In this document: one piece after another, positions 26,733-37,214 of the stretch
How the letters are laid out: each line of letters opens with the position of its first letter
How positions within the stretch are numbered: the stretch's first letter is position 1
IMG/VR virus record: IMGVR_UViG_3300028805_000051
Span: 1-43,393 of that record
From: a virus
Lineage: Duplodnaviria > Heunggongvirae > Uroviricota > Caudoviricetes
DNA length: 43,393 nucleotides
Strand: one strand, 5' to 3'
Program-made: the position numbers and the translations under genes
The notes under the pieces: generated by a model
Databases searched by the model: none
The model's input: only the letters and a program-made list of their open reading frames with translations
Told to the model about the DNA's origin: nothing

Positions 26733-29176
26733 ATGCTTGATTCTGTAAATGTTAATATTACTTTAGGAGAGGAACAAGAACAAGCTTTGAAAATGATGAA
26801 AGAATTTCTTCAAGAGAAGAAAAAACCTTCATGTTTGTATTATGGAAGTGCTGGTACTGGTAAAAGTATATTAGTTAATTATTTAATTAATTGGTGTGAA
26901 CAGCAAAACATACAATATGTTCTTTGTGCTCCTACTCATAAAGCAGCACTTGTACTATCAAGGTATACAGACAGAAGTGCAACAACAATTCATAAGCTAT
27001 TAGCTCTTTCTCCTAATATAAAAATTTTTGAATTGGATTTTAGAAATTTATTATTTTTAAGTAATAAAAATCCTGGAATGGTTCCTTATAATGGAGTTGT
27101 AATTTGTGATGAAGCTTCTATGATAAATGATGATCTTTATGAAACTTTATTAAAGAAATGTCAAGAAAGAAACTCACAAATCATTTTCAGTGGTGATTTT
27201 AAGCAGCTCCAACCAGTTAAGCAAGATTATATTACTAAAATTATAAATGTAGAACCTAAATTTGAACTTACAAAGGTTTGGAGGCAGTCTAGTGAAAATG
27301 CTTTACTACCTGTTCTTCAAACTCTGAGGAACTCTCCAATTAATAGATTTACTGAAACAACAGGAAATGAAGGAAGTTTAATTGTAACTTCTGACATTAA
27401 AGAGTTTATGCTAAAAGCTGGAGAAAGTTTAAAGAAATCTGTTAAAAATTATGATATTTTAGGTGCTAAAGTATTAGCTTTTACAAATGACCGAGTAAAT
27501 GCTTATAATAATGCATTTCATAAAATATTATTTGGGCCAGAAGAATATTATAAAGGAGAGTTTTTAATAGGTCAAGAAAATCTAACATTCAATTCATTTC
27601 AATTTTATAATTCTATGGATTATATAATCCTAGATGAACCAATTAAAACTGATTTATCAATTCCATATTTTGGTAAATTACCTGCTTGGTCTTTTGAATT
27701 ATATGATTCTTTAACAAAAATGAGTGAAAGGATATCAATATTATCAAGAGAAATATCTAGGGATTATTTTGATTCATTGGCTCAAAAGATAGAATATTAT
27801 AGATGGACAGCTGTAGAATATACTTCTCAAGGTAATAAAATGAAAGCATCTTATTACTGGAAAAAATATTTTGAAATGATAAACAGTTTTACATCTCCTG
27901 TCAATCTATTTTATGATGGAAGATTAATTAGAAAACAATCGTTTGGTTATAGTTATGCAATAACGACCCATAAGAGTTGAAAATCCCCGGCTCTTGTAAA
28001 ACTTCTCTAATTGCTGGAAACTCCTTAGAGCTTTACAAACTACAACGATGATTAGAAATAATGAACGTGAATGTTTGAAAATTGTAAAGATTGGACAATC
28101 AGCAGCCAAGTTCCTTAAATGGAAAAGGTTCAACGACTATCGAAAGTTTTATTAATATTGACCTTTATTAGTAAAATTAGTAGAGTAGGATTAATTTCCG
28201 AAACGGGAAGGAATTTCATTTTAATTTATGTTAAGTATTGTGTATTGTTAAATGAAAGGTATAATTAATAATACAAAATACTAAATATGAAATTAATTGA
28301 TCAAACTTCTAAATTAGTAGAGCTCGGTTTTATATACGCGCTCACAGATCCAACTACAGATGAAATATTTTATATTGGAGCAACAGAACAAGCTCCAAAA
28401 GATAGATTAAAAGGACATTATGCTCATTTTCAAGAATATTTAGAAGGAAAAAGAAATAAAACTAAAAAATTTGAATATTTTGAAAAAGTATGGCCAAAGT
28501 TAGTTAATATTAAATTATTAGAAATAGTCCAAAACGATTATTTATATAAAAAAGAAATAGAATATATTGAAAAATATTCTAAGTTATATAATTTAACAAA
28601 TCAAACTCTTGGAGGAGATGGAGGAGACACTTTTAGTTTGCAAGAATTTGTAAACAAATCCAGAATAAGTTCTCTAATTTCTCAAAAAAATACCGGAAGA
28701 GTAATGTCGAATGAACAAAAACAATTTTTATCTGAAAGTCGGATTGGATCTAATAATCCAATGGCAGGAATAAATATTAATTATAATTTAGTTGCTTTTA
28801 AAGATGGAAAGCCATTGAGATTATGCAGACATCCATTTGAAATAACAGAATTTTTAGATGATATGCTTGGAAAAGAAAACCATAAAATACATTCAGGAAG
28901 ATCTGGTAATATGGGAAAAGCATATCGTAAAGGTCAACGAGAAATACGTTCAAGTGGATTTGTATTTAAACGTTTAGAAGATTTATCTCCTGAAATTCAA
29001 GATATAGTCTTACGTGAATATGAAAATATTCATAAATGAGGATGCAGGGATCCTCTTACAATGAAGTATTTGTTGATATTAGAAATATTAATTCTTGTAT
29101 GGATGAAGCAGTGCGAAGACAATTACAATATGTTGCATTATCTAGAACCAGACATAATGCGTTTATTTTTCAATGA
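26733..29176 (+). CDS. SF1B (Dda/RecD-like) DNA helicase split by a group I intron; exons 26733-27977 + 29045-29176
   Basis: GSAGTGKS, APTHKAA, DEASM, GDFKQL; splicing restores THKS-QGS and adds YVALSR. Alternative TTG start at 26724. Confidence 0.93.
27978..29044 (+). ncRNA. Group I intron 2 (helicase), 1067 nt
   Basis: P1 AAGAGT|/GCTCTT, P10 ATCCC/GGGAT, P7 GACTA 28135 / TAGTC 29005, AAGATATAGTC S element, terminal G 29044. Confidence 0.93.
28287..29039 (+). CDS. GIY-YIG homing endonuclease (intron-encoded) with NUMOD3-like segment
   Basis: GFIYAL...FYIGAT...DRL...KEIEYI...N.TLGGDG; GRVMSNEQKQFLSESRIGSNNPM. Confidence 0.88.
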   Translation: MKLIDQTSKLVELGFIYALTDPTTDEIFYIGATEQAPKDRLKGHYAHFQEYLEGKRNKTKKFEYFEKVWPKLVNIKLLEIVQNDYLYKKEIEYIEKYSKLYNLTNQTLGGDGGDTFSLQEFVNKSRISSLISQKNTGRVMSNEQKQFLSESRIGSNNPMAGININYNLVAFKDGKPLRLCRHPFEITEFLDDMLGKENHKIHSGRSGNMGKAYRKGQREIRSSGFVFKRLEDLSPEIQDIVLREYENIHK

Positions 29177-29355
29177 ATAAAAAAGAAAAGATAACTGTAG
29201 AGTATAAAGGTCCTAGTATATTTGAAGTAGCTAAACATGTTCATGAAGAAACTGTTAAATACTGTGAATATTGTGGTGCTCCTATGACTCTAAGTGATGT
29301 TAATGATTATGGTTCACTTTGTGAACAATGTTATATAAAAGAATATTATGACTAA
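29173..29355 (+). CDS. Small zinc-finger protein
   Basis: CEYC...CEQC. Confidence 0.7.
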   Translation: MNKKEKITVEYKGPSIFEVAKHVHEETVKYCEYCGAPMTLSDVNDYGSLCEQCYIKEYYD

Positions 29356-29734
29356 CCGATTTATAAGTGCTTGGTGTTATGAGCATGACTTCACCGACAA
29401 ACTTGGTGCTGTCATTGCTTTAGAAGAATTAGAAGAAAAAGATTTAAAAGAAGATAATTTTTCTGAGAATGGTTGGGAAATTACAGTATTAGGTAAAAAT
29501 TATATAGTTTATGATTATAATGATGTAGATAACATTATTTCTGATAAACAGAATGATGATAAAGATGCTATTATTTCACAATTAGATTCTAATCCTGCAT
29601 TTAGTATAATTGAAGATTATATTGATTGGGAAAAATATTTTAATGATCGTGATTATGACGAATCTGATGTTTTACCTCAAGATTCTATTGAAGTAGATTT
29701 TGACGGTAGTACTTTCTTTATTTGGAGGAATTAA
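29348..29734 (+). CDS. Acidic protein, possible ArdA-like DNA mimic (paralog 1)
   Basis: Very D/E rich; EDYIDWEKYF motif. Confidence 0.6.
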   Translation: MTNRFISAWCYEHDFTDKLGAVIALEELEEKDLKEDNFSENGWEITVLGKNYIVYDYNDVDNIISDKQNDDKDAIISQLDSNPAFSIIEDYIDWEKYFNDRDYDESDVLPQDSIEVDFDGSTFFIWRN

Positions 29735-30114
29735 TGTCAAACAGAGAACTTTTAAACTGGTGTATAGAAAAAGGATTTAATAGTTACGATCATTTAGCTG
29801 CATTGCTGTCAACTTTTACCCCAGATTTAGAAGAACTTAATTCCTGGGAAATTATTGAAAATAGTTATACGGAATTTACTATTAATGATATTTCTTATAA
29901 TATTATGACTGAGGAAGAAGTAATAGAAGAAATATCATTATATAAACAATATGTTCAAGATGATTATCTTGATGAAGTTCCTGAAAATTTACAAGAATTT
30001 ATTGATTGGAAATCTTTTTGGAAAGAAAATCCAATAACTATTGATATGTATATCGAAGGAAACACTAAAATTATATTTGACGGTATTACCTACTATTGTT
30101 TAGAAACTAATTAA
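29734..30114 (+). CDS. Acidic protein, possible ArdA-like DNA mimic (paralog 2)
   Basis: TAATG coupling; EVPENLQEFIDWKSFW motif. Confidence 0.6.
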   Translation: MSNRELLNWCIEKGFNSYDHLAALLSTFTPDLEELNSWEIIENSYTEFTINDISYNIMTEEEVIEEISLYKQYVQDDYLDEVPENLQEFIDWKSFWKENPITIDMYIEGNTKIIFDGITYYCLETN

Positions 30115-30118
30115 TATT

Positions 30119-30415
30119 ATGAATGTAATAAATGTTTCTATAACTGTTGATTCTGATGAACAACTTAAAGCTATTAATGAATTAGAATTTGATGATGTCT
30201 ATTTTACTATTTTTGATGAAAGATATAAAAACGGTAAAAAAGAATCCTTGGCATTAAAAAATAAATATGCTGCACAATTAAATCCATTTATAGAAATTAC
30301 TATAAATGACAAATTTTATTCTATGATTTATGCTGAGGCTTCTCAGTCTCCTATTTCTGATTTGGAAATTGCTTTAAAGAAATTAAATAAAATAAAAGAT
30401 ACTTTAAATTCATGA
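30119..30415 (+). CDS. Hypothetical protein
   Basis: ORF 98 aa. Confidence 0.7.
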   Translation: MNVINVSITVDSDEQLKAINELEFDDVYFTIFDERYKNGKKESLALKNKYAAQLNPFIEITINDKFYSMIYAEASQSPISDLEIALKKLNKIKDTLNS

Positions 30416-31080
30416 AAATATTAATAATTCCGGATGTACATGGTCGTGACTTTTGGATAGATCCTTGTCAAAATATTGATAAGTTTGATAAAGTAATTTT
30501 TCTTGGCGATTATCATGATCCATATCCATATCAAGTAAGTAGAGATATCTCTAGACATAGATTGCGCGATCAACTTTTACCATTTGTACTTGAACATAGA
30601 GATAAAGTAATTTGTCTTTTAGGTAATCATGATGGTAACTATGTGATTAATGCAATGGCGGATCGTATGGATGTATTTCATAAAGGAGATATTACTCATT
30701 ATTTAAATCAAATGGATTTAAAATTAGCGTATCAAGAAGGTAAATATTTATTCACCCATTCTGGTGTATTGCCTAATTGGTTAGAGCATAACAATATTAC
30801 TCTTAATGATGTACTTATCAATAAAGTATCTAATGATGCTTTAATGCAAGTATCTCCTAATAGAGGTGGCTGGGATTCGTGTGGTAGTTGTATTTGGGGG
30901 GATGTTTCAGAATATGCCCTTTCTAAAAAGATTCCTGACATATTCCAAATTTTTGGGCACACCCAAATGGAAAAAGAAATAATTACAGATGAGTTTGCTT
31001 GTTTAGATTGTAGAAAAGCATTTGTATTAGATACTGAATTAGAAACCTTAAAATCTTATGAAGAATGGCTAAACAACTAA
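30412..31080 (+). CDS. Calcineurin-like metallophosphoesterase
   Basis: DVHG, GDYHD, GNHD, HSG, GHT. Confidence 0.92.
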   Translation: MKILIIPDVHGRDFWIDPCQNIDKFDKVIFLGDYHDPYPYQVSRDISRHRLRDQLLPFVLEHRDKVICLLGNHDGNYVINAMADRMDVFHKGDITHYLNQMDLKLAYQEGKYLFTHSGVLPNWLEHNNITLNDVLINKVSNDALMQVSPNRGGWDSCGSCIWGDVSEYALSKKIPDIFQIFGHTQMEKEIITDEFACLDCRKAFVLDTELETLKSYEEWLNN

Positions 31081-31884
31081 ATTTAAAGAATGATGTACCT
31101 GCAGATGGTGCAATTTATGAATCTCAAATAAATGAAATTATGGAGAATCCTCCTATGAAAGCTGAAAATACAGAAAAGTACGACATCAAAGTTCTTGTAG
31201 TGAATAAATCAAATATGCTTCTTCCTAAGTATGAAACTATTAATTCAGCTGGACTTGATGTAAGAGCGAATCTTACTACTCCAATTGTATTACCTGCTCA
31301 TGGAAGAATGCTTATTGGTACTGGTTTATTTATTGCTATTCCTGAAGGATATGAAGGTCAAGTTAGACCTCGTAGTGGTTTAGCTCTTAAACATGGAATT
31401 ACAGTTCTTAACACTCCTGGCACAATCGACGCTAAAGTAGCTTAATCCAAGCAAAAGTGCCAGATTCTTTAGGTAGAATAATTGGCGTCGTTAAATCGAG
31501 CAATATCGGGGAAGACTGTGATGTTAATCCCGAGATAAACTCTGAAATTGCGAAAGGTTCAGAGTCATCGTACAGCGTAGGTCTTGAATAAATATAATAG
31601 ACCCAAGAGTGCTCGACACATTTTATGTGAAAAGGTACGCGGAACTTATATGAATAAGAAATATAAGAAATTAGGATAAAAAGCCTAATGATAACAAATT
31701 GGATTATCGTGGAGAAATTAAAGTAATTCTTATGAATCATACTTCTGAAAACTATGTAATTAATCCTGGTGATAAGATTGCACAACTTGTATTTCATAAA
31801 TATGAACGCATTAAATGGCAAGATGTAGATGAACTTCCTGCTACTGAACGCGGTGAAGATGGATTTGGACATACTGGAAAATAA
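31065..31884 (+). CDS. dut: Trimeric dUTPase split by a group I intron; exons 31065-31433 + 31702-31884 (183 aa)
   Basis: SAGLD, PRSGLA, spliced GTIDA-DYRGE (motif III), [15 protein letters not shown]. Confidence 0.95.
31434..31701 (+). ncRNA. Group I intron 3 (dut), 268 nt, ORF-less
   Basis: P1 CGACGCT|/GGCGTCG, P10 ATAATT/GATTAT, P3 TCGAGCA/TGCTCGA, P7 GCGTA/TACGC, terminal G 31701. Confidence 0.92.
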
Positions 31885-31886
31885 TT

Positions 31887-32201
31887 ATGTTAAATAAACA
31901 ACAATTTGTTAAATACGTCTCTAATTTCAAAGAATTGAATGAAAAAAGGGAAACTCTTGAAGAAATAGGATTGGACCCTTATAATTTCTATGAAAATGTT
32001 TATGAATTAGTAGATTTAGTTATTGATTCAAACTTTGATGAAAAAGGCGTTGATACTTTCTTTGGTTGGTTATACAACGGTCAAACAGAAGTAAAAGAAG
32101 GCGATGATATATTTGTAATAGCAGATATTGATAATCTTTGGAACTTTTTAACAAAGCATTTCAATTATGAACCAACTCAGGAAATTCCTCGTATCTATTG
32201 A
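31887..32201 (+). CDS. Hypothetical protein
   Basis: ORF 104 aa. Confidence 0.75.
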   Translation: MLNKQQFVKYVSNFKELNEKRETLEEIGLDPYNFYENVYELVDLVIDSNFDEKGVDTFFGWLYNGQTEVKEGDDIFVIADIDNLWNFLTKHFNYEPTQEIPRIY

Positions 32202-33372
32202 TTCAAAAGGAAAACTTAGACAAGTTGAATTAGAAGCTCATTGGGATGATGAGCAGCACGGCTTTATTATTAATAGAATAACTGGTATGTTTGGTGGTAA
32301 ACTCACTGAACAGCCAGCTATTCTAGTAGATAAAGGTAAAGCAAAACGTACTGTTTCTGAACAAGCAGCTCTTCAATTTAATTCTAAGTTAAAAGAATAT
32401 AAAGATAAAGGTTATAAAGAAGTCCCAAAAGATCCAGATACTTATTCTGAATCTGAATTATTTGAAATTGTAGGAGAAGCTGCTACTAATCAAAGTGGAG
32501 TACTTAAACCTATGTTGGCTAAACAAGCTGATAAAGTAACTAATCAAAAAATATATGATAAGACATGGTACGCCAGCAGAAAAATTGATGGAGTAAGGAT
32601 GCTTCTCTATAAGAATGAAAAAGGAGAAATTCATACTGCATCTAGAGGAGGTGAACATTATGATTATTCTACTCGCCATATTACAGAACATCCATTAATG
32701 ATAAAATTATTTGAAAAATATCCTCAATTAATTTTAGACGGTGAATTATATAAGCATGGAAAATCTTTACAACAGATATCTGGTGCTGCTAGAATGGAAA
32801 AGAATGCTTATGATATGGATTGGTTACAATATTATGTGTATGATATAGTAGAACCAACTTTGGAATTTAAAGATAGATTAAAATGGTTAGAAGTTATTCA
32901 AAAAGAACTTAATCTTGGGGAATTTGACCCAGATAAAGAATATGCAGAGGGAGAACTTCAAGTACAAATGGTACCGCAACAACCAGTAAAAGGTTGGGAT
33001 AATATTAAGGCACTACATGATAAATTTGTATCTGAAGGTTGGGAAGGTTGTGTTATTAGAGATCCAGATAAAGTGTATCGTCCAAATGGACGTACCAATG
33101 ACATGATCAAAATTAAATGTTACCAGGATGCAGAATTCATTATTACAGGTCTATCGGAAGGCCTACGGGAAGAAGACATGTGTTTCACCCTTGTTACAGA
33201 AGATGGAATTAGTTTCAAAGCTAAACCAATGGGGTCTCGTGATATCAAGAGGCAATATCGTGAAAATCTCAACAAGCTCATTGGGAAAAAAGCTACAGTA
33301 AAGTTCTTTTATTTAAGTGATGATGGTACTCCATTACAACCAGTATTAAAGGCTATTCGTGATTATGAATAA
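32167..33372 (+). CDS. ATP-dependent DNA ligase
   Basis: KPMLA, RKIDGVR (motif I), LDGELY, YVYDI, EGCVIR, IKIK. Confidence 0.95.
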   Translation: MNQLRKFLVSIDSKGKLRQVELEAHWDDEQHGFIINRITGMFGGKLTEQPAILVDKGKAKRTVSEQAALQFNSKLKEYKDKGYKEVPKDPDTYSESELFEIVGEAATNQSGVLKPMLAKQADKVTNQKIYDKTWYASRKIDGVRMLLYKNEKGEIHTASRGGEHYDYSTRHITEHPLMIKLFEKYPQLILDGELYKHGKSLQQISGAARMEKNAYDMDWLQYYVYDIVEPTLEFKDRLKWLEVIQKELNLGEFDPDKEYAEGELQVQMVPQQPVKGWDNIKALHDKFVSEGWEGCVIRDPDKVYRPNGRTNDMIKIKCYQDAEFIITGLSEGLREEDMCFTLVTEDGISFKAKPMGSRDIKRQYRENLNKLIGKKATVKFFYLSDDGTPLQPVLKAIRDYE

Positions 33373-33374
33373 TT

Positions 33375-33611
33375 ATGACTCGAAGTGATTTTATAAAGCA
33401 AGTTTATAAAGGAGTCTATTTGTATGTCCAGGATAAAAATAAAATAGTAAAGGTTACTAGAGTATTTCCTGAATTTTTTCCAGCATATGCTGAATATGAT
33501 ACTACTAATGGTCCAGATGCTGCTTTTTATACTAAAGTACAGATAGTTCCAAAAGAAACTCTTGCTAAAATTTTAAATAAAAAGAAAAATGCAGAGACAA
33601 ATGTTAAGTGA
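33375..33611 (+). CDS. Hypothetical protein
   Basis: ORF 78 aa. Confidence 0.65.
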   Translation: MTRSDFIKQVYKGVYLYVQDKNKIVKVTRVFPEFFPAYAEYDTTNGPDAAFYTKVQIVPKETLAKILNKKKNAETNVK

Positions 33612-33954
33612 TAAAGAAATTTATCAACATATTCCAAAATTCTTTACAATTTGTAATAATAAAGTTGAAGTAATTTTAAAGGAAGATATTACAATTGGTG
33701 AGGGAGACGAAATGGAAACTAGGTATGGTCAATGGAATGAAGTTCTTTGTACTATTGAAATTGCTAAAGGAGTTAGGATAGATGGAAATGAAGAAGTTAC
33801 TCCAGTTAGCTTAGAACAAATTCTTAATACATTTGAACATGAACTTGGCCATTGCTGGGAATTTTTTAATGGTTATCCATATGATGAACAAAGAGTTCAA
33901 TTAATGGCTAACTTCCGTAGAGAATTTGAATCTTCTAAAATAATGCAAAAATGA
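33589..33954 (+). CDS. Zincin-like (HExxH) metalloprotein
   Basis: NTFEHELGHC followed by DEQ. Confidence 0.65.
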   Translation: MQRQMLSDKEIYQHIPKFFTICNNKVEVILKEDITIGEGDEMETRYGQWNEVLCTIEIAKGVRIDGNEEVTPVSLEQILNTFEHELGHCWEFFNGYPYDEQRVQLMANFRREFESSKIMQK

Positions 33955-34340
33955 AATATGTAATTGTTGATAAAATGGATTGGGCTGATGAATGTGATGT
34001 TTATTTCTTTGATATTCTAAGCCAAGAAGACTATGATAAATATAATTTCTTAAAGCAAACCTTAGGTCATTTATATGGTAGTTACTATTTTGGAACGAAC
34101 GAAGGTTGGGAGGATGGAGAGTTTGATTATCTTCAATTTGTTCCAAAACCAGCAACTGATGAAGAAATTGCTGTATTAGAGAAATTTAAAATTACAGGAG
34201 AACCAATCATTGAGCGTCTTATAAATACTATTGAATGCACATTTGATTGGGAGGGAATTTCTTATATTTCTGATCTTTGGAGTAAAGAATATGGTGAATT
34301 TTGTCAAATAATTGATAATAATAAAGATTTATTCAAATGA
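33951..34340 (+). CDS. Hypothetical protein
   Basis: ORF 129 aa; DWADE and FGTNE motifs. Confidence 0.75.
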   Translation: MKYVIVDKMDWADECDVYFFDILSQEDYDKYNFLKQTLGHLYGSYYFGTNEGWEDGEFDYLQFVPKPATDEEIAVLEKFKITGEPIIERLINTIECTFDWEGISYISDLWSKEYGEFCQIIDNNKDLFK

Positions 34341-36895
34341 AACTAACACAAAGTAAAAATGCAAATATTAATTATCTTGCTCAGGTAATTAATGTAAAAG
34401 AATTTCTTCCACACCCTAATCCAGAAGTAAACAAACTTAAATTAGTTGCTGTTGGAAGTTATCGTGTAATTGTAAGTCTTGATTCAAAACCAGGATTTTA
34501 TGTTTATTTTCCAGCATTAAGTCAAATTAATCCAGATTTTCTAAGATTTTGTTCTCTTTATAGAGATACTACTCTTAATGCAAATCCAGAACATAAAGGA
34601 TTCTTTGAGAAAAATGGTAAAGTAACTGCTATTAGACTTAAAGGACAAGTTTCTGAAGGATTCCTAATTGAATGGGATCTATTTAATAATTGGTTAATTG
34701 ATTCGGTAAACAAAACTGTAGAACCTAAAGAAAATGAAGAATTCGATTCGGTTCAGGATGATGAAAAATCATTCTGGGTATGTAAGAAATATATCCCGAA
34801 AGGCTCAAGTCAAGGAAATTCTAACCCTAATAAAGGACAAAGAGGCAAACAACCAAAAGGCCTTGACAAAATCATTGAAAATCAGTTTAGATTCCATTAC
34901 GATAAATTATGTGTCGCCTAAAATAGTGATATTTTAGTGAAAATTGGGCAAAATCGGTAAAATCTAAAATTTTTAAAATTTTATTTGGAAATAAGTAGTA
35001 ATATGGTTATATTTATTTAAAACAAAATAAGTATAATTATATGGCTATACAAACAGAAAAGACGAAAGAAAAATTAAAGTTTTTAAATGAAAACTTTACA
35101 GAAAAAGATTATAATGATTATATAAATGGAGACATTTCTTATTCAGCATTATGTGAAAAATTTGAATGCACTGATTATTTAATGGCTACTTTTTTTAAAA
35201 GTAAAAATTTACTTAAAAGAAGGACAGTTAGAAAAAATAACACTAAAGAAGATATTTTTGATAAAATAAATTCTAAAGAAAGTGCATACATTTTCGGATT
35301 ATATATGGCAGATGGATGTATTACGGCAGATAATAAATTTGCTATAGGATTAAGTGAAAACGATGTAGAAATTTTAACTACAGTTAGAGATTACATATCT
35401 CCAATAACCACAGTTATTCATAAAGAGAAGTACATAAATAAAAAAACTGGAATAACTACAAATCCTATGTGTTTAATTTGTTTTAAATCTGATCATATAG
35501 CTGAAGTTTTAAATAATTATGGGTGTGGTTATAATAAAACATATCTTGAAAAATCAATAGTTAATATTATTCCAGAAAAGTTTATGTGGGATTTTATTAG
35601 AGGATATTTTGATGGAGATGGATGTGTTTCAAAATCAGATGTAACGCACAAACATACATTAAAATCTGGAGAAATTACTGAATATAAAAGTACTAATGTT
35701 ATATTTAAGATTACTTCTAAAACAAGATTAATCTTAGATGAATTATGTAATTTTTTAAACAATCAAGGATTAAATTTTAGTGTTTATCCGGATAGAAATT
35801 CATTTACGTTAGCTTCTCATACTAAAAGTAATTTTCCTATTATATATAATCATTTATATTCTGATAATTCTAAATTTTTTATGAAAAGAAAGAAAATAAA
35901 ATTTAAAGAAATCATTGACAATACCGAGGTAACTACTTCAATTGCGCAAGGTGAAGTAGTACTGTAGAGCATAGAGGGTGAATAAATATAATCCCTCCAC
36001 GAGTGCCCGACATCTATTTTTATAGATGAAAATATATGCCGAACTTATAGGAAACTATAAGAATCATAGGATAAAAAGCCTATGAGATAACAAATTGACA
36101 GTTATTATTAAGAAATGTCCTTATGTAGTTCAACCAACTGATATTGTAAGTATCACAAGTAAGATTCATGGAACTTCCGGCATATCTGCATATGTACTTT
36201 GTCATAAAGAACTTAACTGGAAAGAGAAAATTGCTCGTTGGTTAACTAAGAATCCTTTTGACCAATATGATTATCTATATTCTTCTAGAACTGTAGTAAA
36301 GAATAAATATTACAACAAACAAGTAACAGCAGGATTTTATGGTGTTGATGTTTGGAAATACGCTGATGATGTTGTAAGACCACACCTTCATAAAGGAATG
36401 ACTGCTTATTATGAAATTGTTGGATATCTTCCAAATGGACAATATATTCAGAAAGGATACGATTATGGTTGTATTCCTCCAAAATCAGAAGAGGACTATA
36501 AACCAGAAGTAAACTTTAAAGTAAGAGTGTATCGTCTTACCTATACTAATGTTGATGGATTTGTACATGAATTTTCTGCTAAAGAAGTTCAACAATGGTG
36601 CTTTAATAATGGATTAGTTCCTGTAACTGAACTTTATTATGGCTATGCTGATTTACTTTATCCAGAATTAGATTCTAAAGATCCATATTGGTGTGATAAA
36701 TTCGTAGAAGCAATGGCAAATGACCCACGTTTCTATATGGAACAACAATCACCTGATTGTGTTAATAATGTACCTCATGAAGGTATTGTTATTAAGACTG
36801 AAAAGATGAGGTCAGAAGCTTTTAAGCTTAAATGCTTTGCTTTCTTACAAGGAGAACTTAAAGACGAAACTGTTAATATTGAAGACAATGCCTAA
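34337..36895 (+). CDS. RNA ligase (Rnl2/DRB0094-like) split by a group I intron; exons 34337-34903 + 36098-36895 (454 aa)
   Basis: N-terminal OB-like domain (HPNP..KL, AIRLKGQVSEG); exon 2 has SKIHGTS motif I, YYEIVG, HEGIVIK, FKLK. Confidence 0.88.
34984..35015 (+). promoter_or_regulatory. Candidate promoter for the intron-4 endonuclease
   Basis: TTTG-N20-TATATTTA resembling the Bacteroides -33/-7 consensus; shares AATATGGTTATATT with 24976-24989. Confidence 0.55.
35041..35967 (+). CDS. Double-motif LAGLIDADG homing endonuclease (intron-encoded)
   Basis: AYIFGLYMADGC and FIRGYFDGDGC. Confidence 0.92.
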   Translation: MAIQTEKTKEKLKFLNENFTEKDYNDYINGDISYSALCEKFECTDYLMATFFKSKNLLKRRTVRKNNTKEDIFDKINSKESAYIFGLYMADGCITADNKFAIGLSENDVEILTTVRDYISPITTVIHKEKYINKKTGITTNPMCLICFKSDHIAEVLNNYGCGYNKTYLEKSIVNIIPEKFMWDFIRGYFDGDGCVSKSDVTHKHTLKSGEITEYKSTNVIFKITSKTRLILDELCNFLNNQGLNFSVYPDRNSFTLASHTKSNFPIIYNHLYSDNSKFFMKRKKIKFKEIIDNTEVTTSIAQGEVVL

Positions 36896-37214
36896 TAATG
36901 AAATTAAACCTTTTGTAATAGAAATATATTCAGATGAAAGAATGAGTGATCCTTATGCTGCTTATGCTTCTGGAACAGAAGATGATATTGAAGAGATAAT
37001 AGGTACATCAGAAGAGTTAATGCCGTATCTTGTTGATCAACATATTGGTAATTGGTGGACAAAAGATGAATTTGATAGTGAAGAAGATTATGAAGAGTGG
37101 GAAGCTATGATTGGACCCCATGCTACTGAAGTAACAGAAGAAGATATGAATGATCCAGAATATACGGAATGGTTTAATGCTTTAGAAGTAATTTATGATG
37201 AAAGAAACTCATAA
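36888..37214 (+). CDS. Acidic hypothetical protein
   Basis: ATG 36888 overlapping the ligase stop; very D/E rich. Confidence 0.7.
   Translation: MPNNEIKPFVIEIYSDERMSDPYAAYASGTEDDIEEIIGTSEELMPYLVDQHIGNWWTKDEFDSEEDYEEWEAMIGPHATEVTEEDMNDPEYTEWFNALEVIYDERNS

Larger units (their letters stand above)
34904..36097 (+). ncRNA. Group I intron 4 (RNA ligase), 1194 nt
   Basis: P1 CGAT|/GTCG, P3 GGGCA/TGCCC, P7 GCATA/TATGC, 3' end AGGATAAAAAGCCT...AACAAATTG shared with intron 3; in-frame splice FHYD-TVII. Confidence 0.88.

Noticed and set aside
298-36482. Minus-strand ORFs and short alternative-frame plus ORFs in the track
   Set aside because: They are shadows of well-supported plus-strand genes or introns, with no motifs and atypical composition
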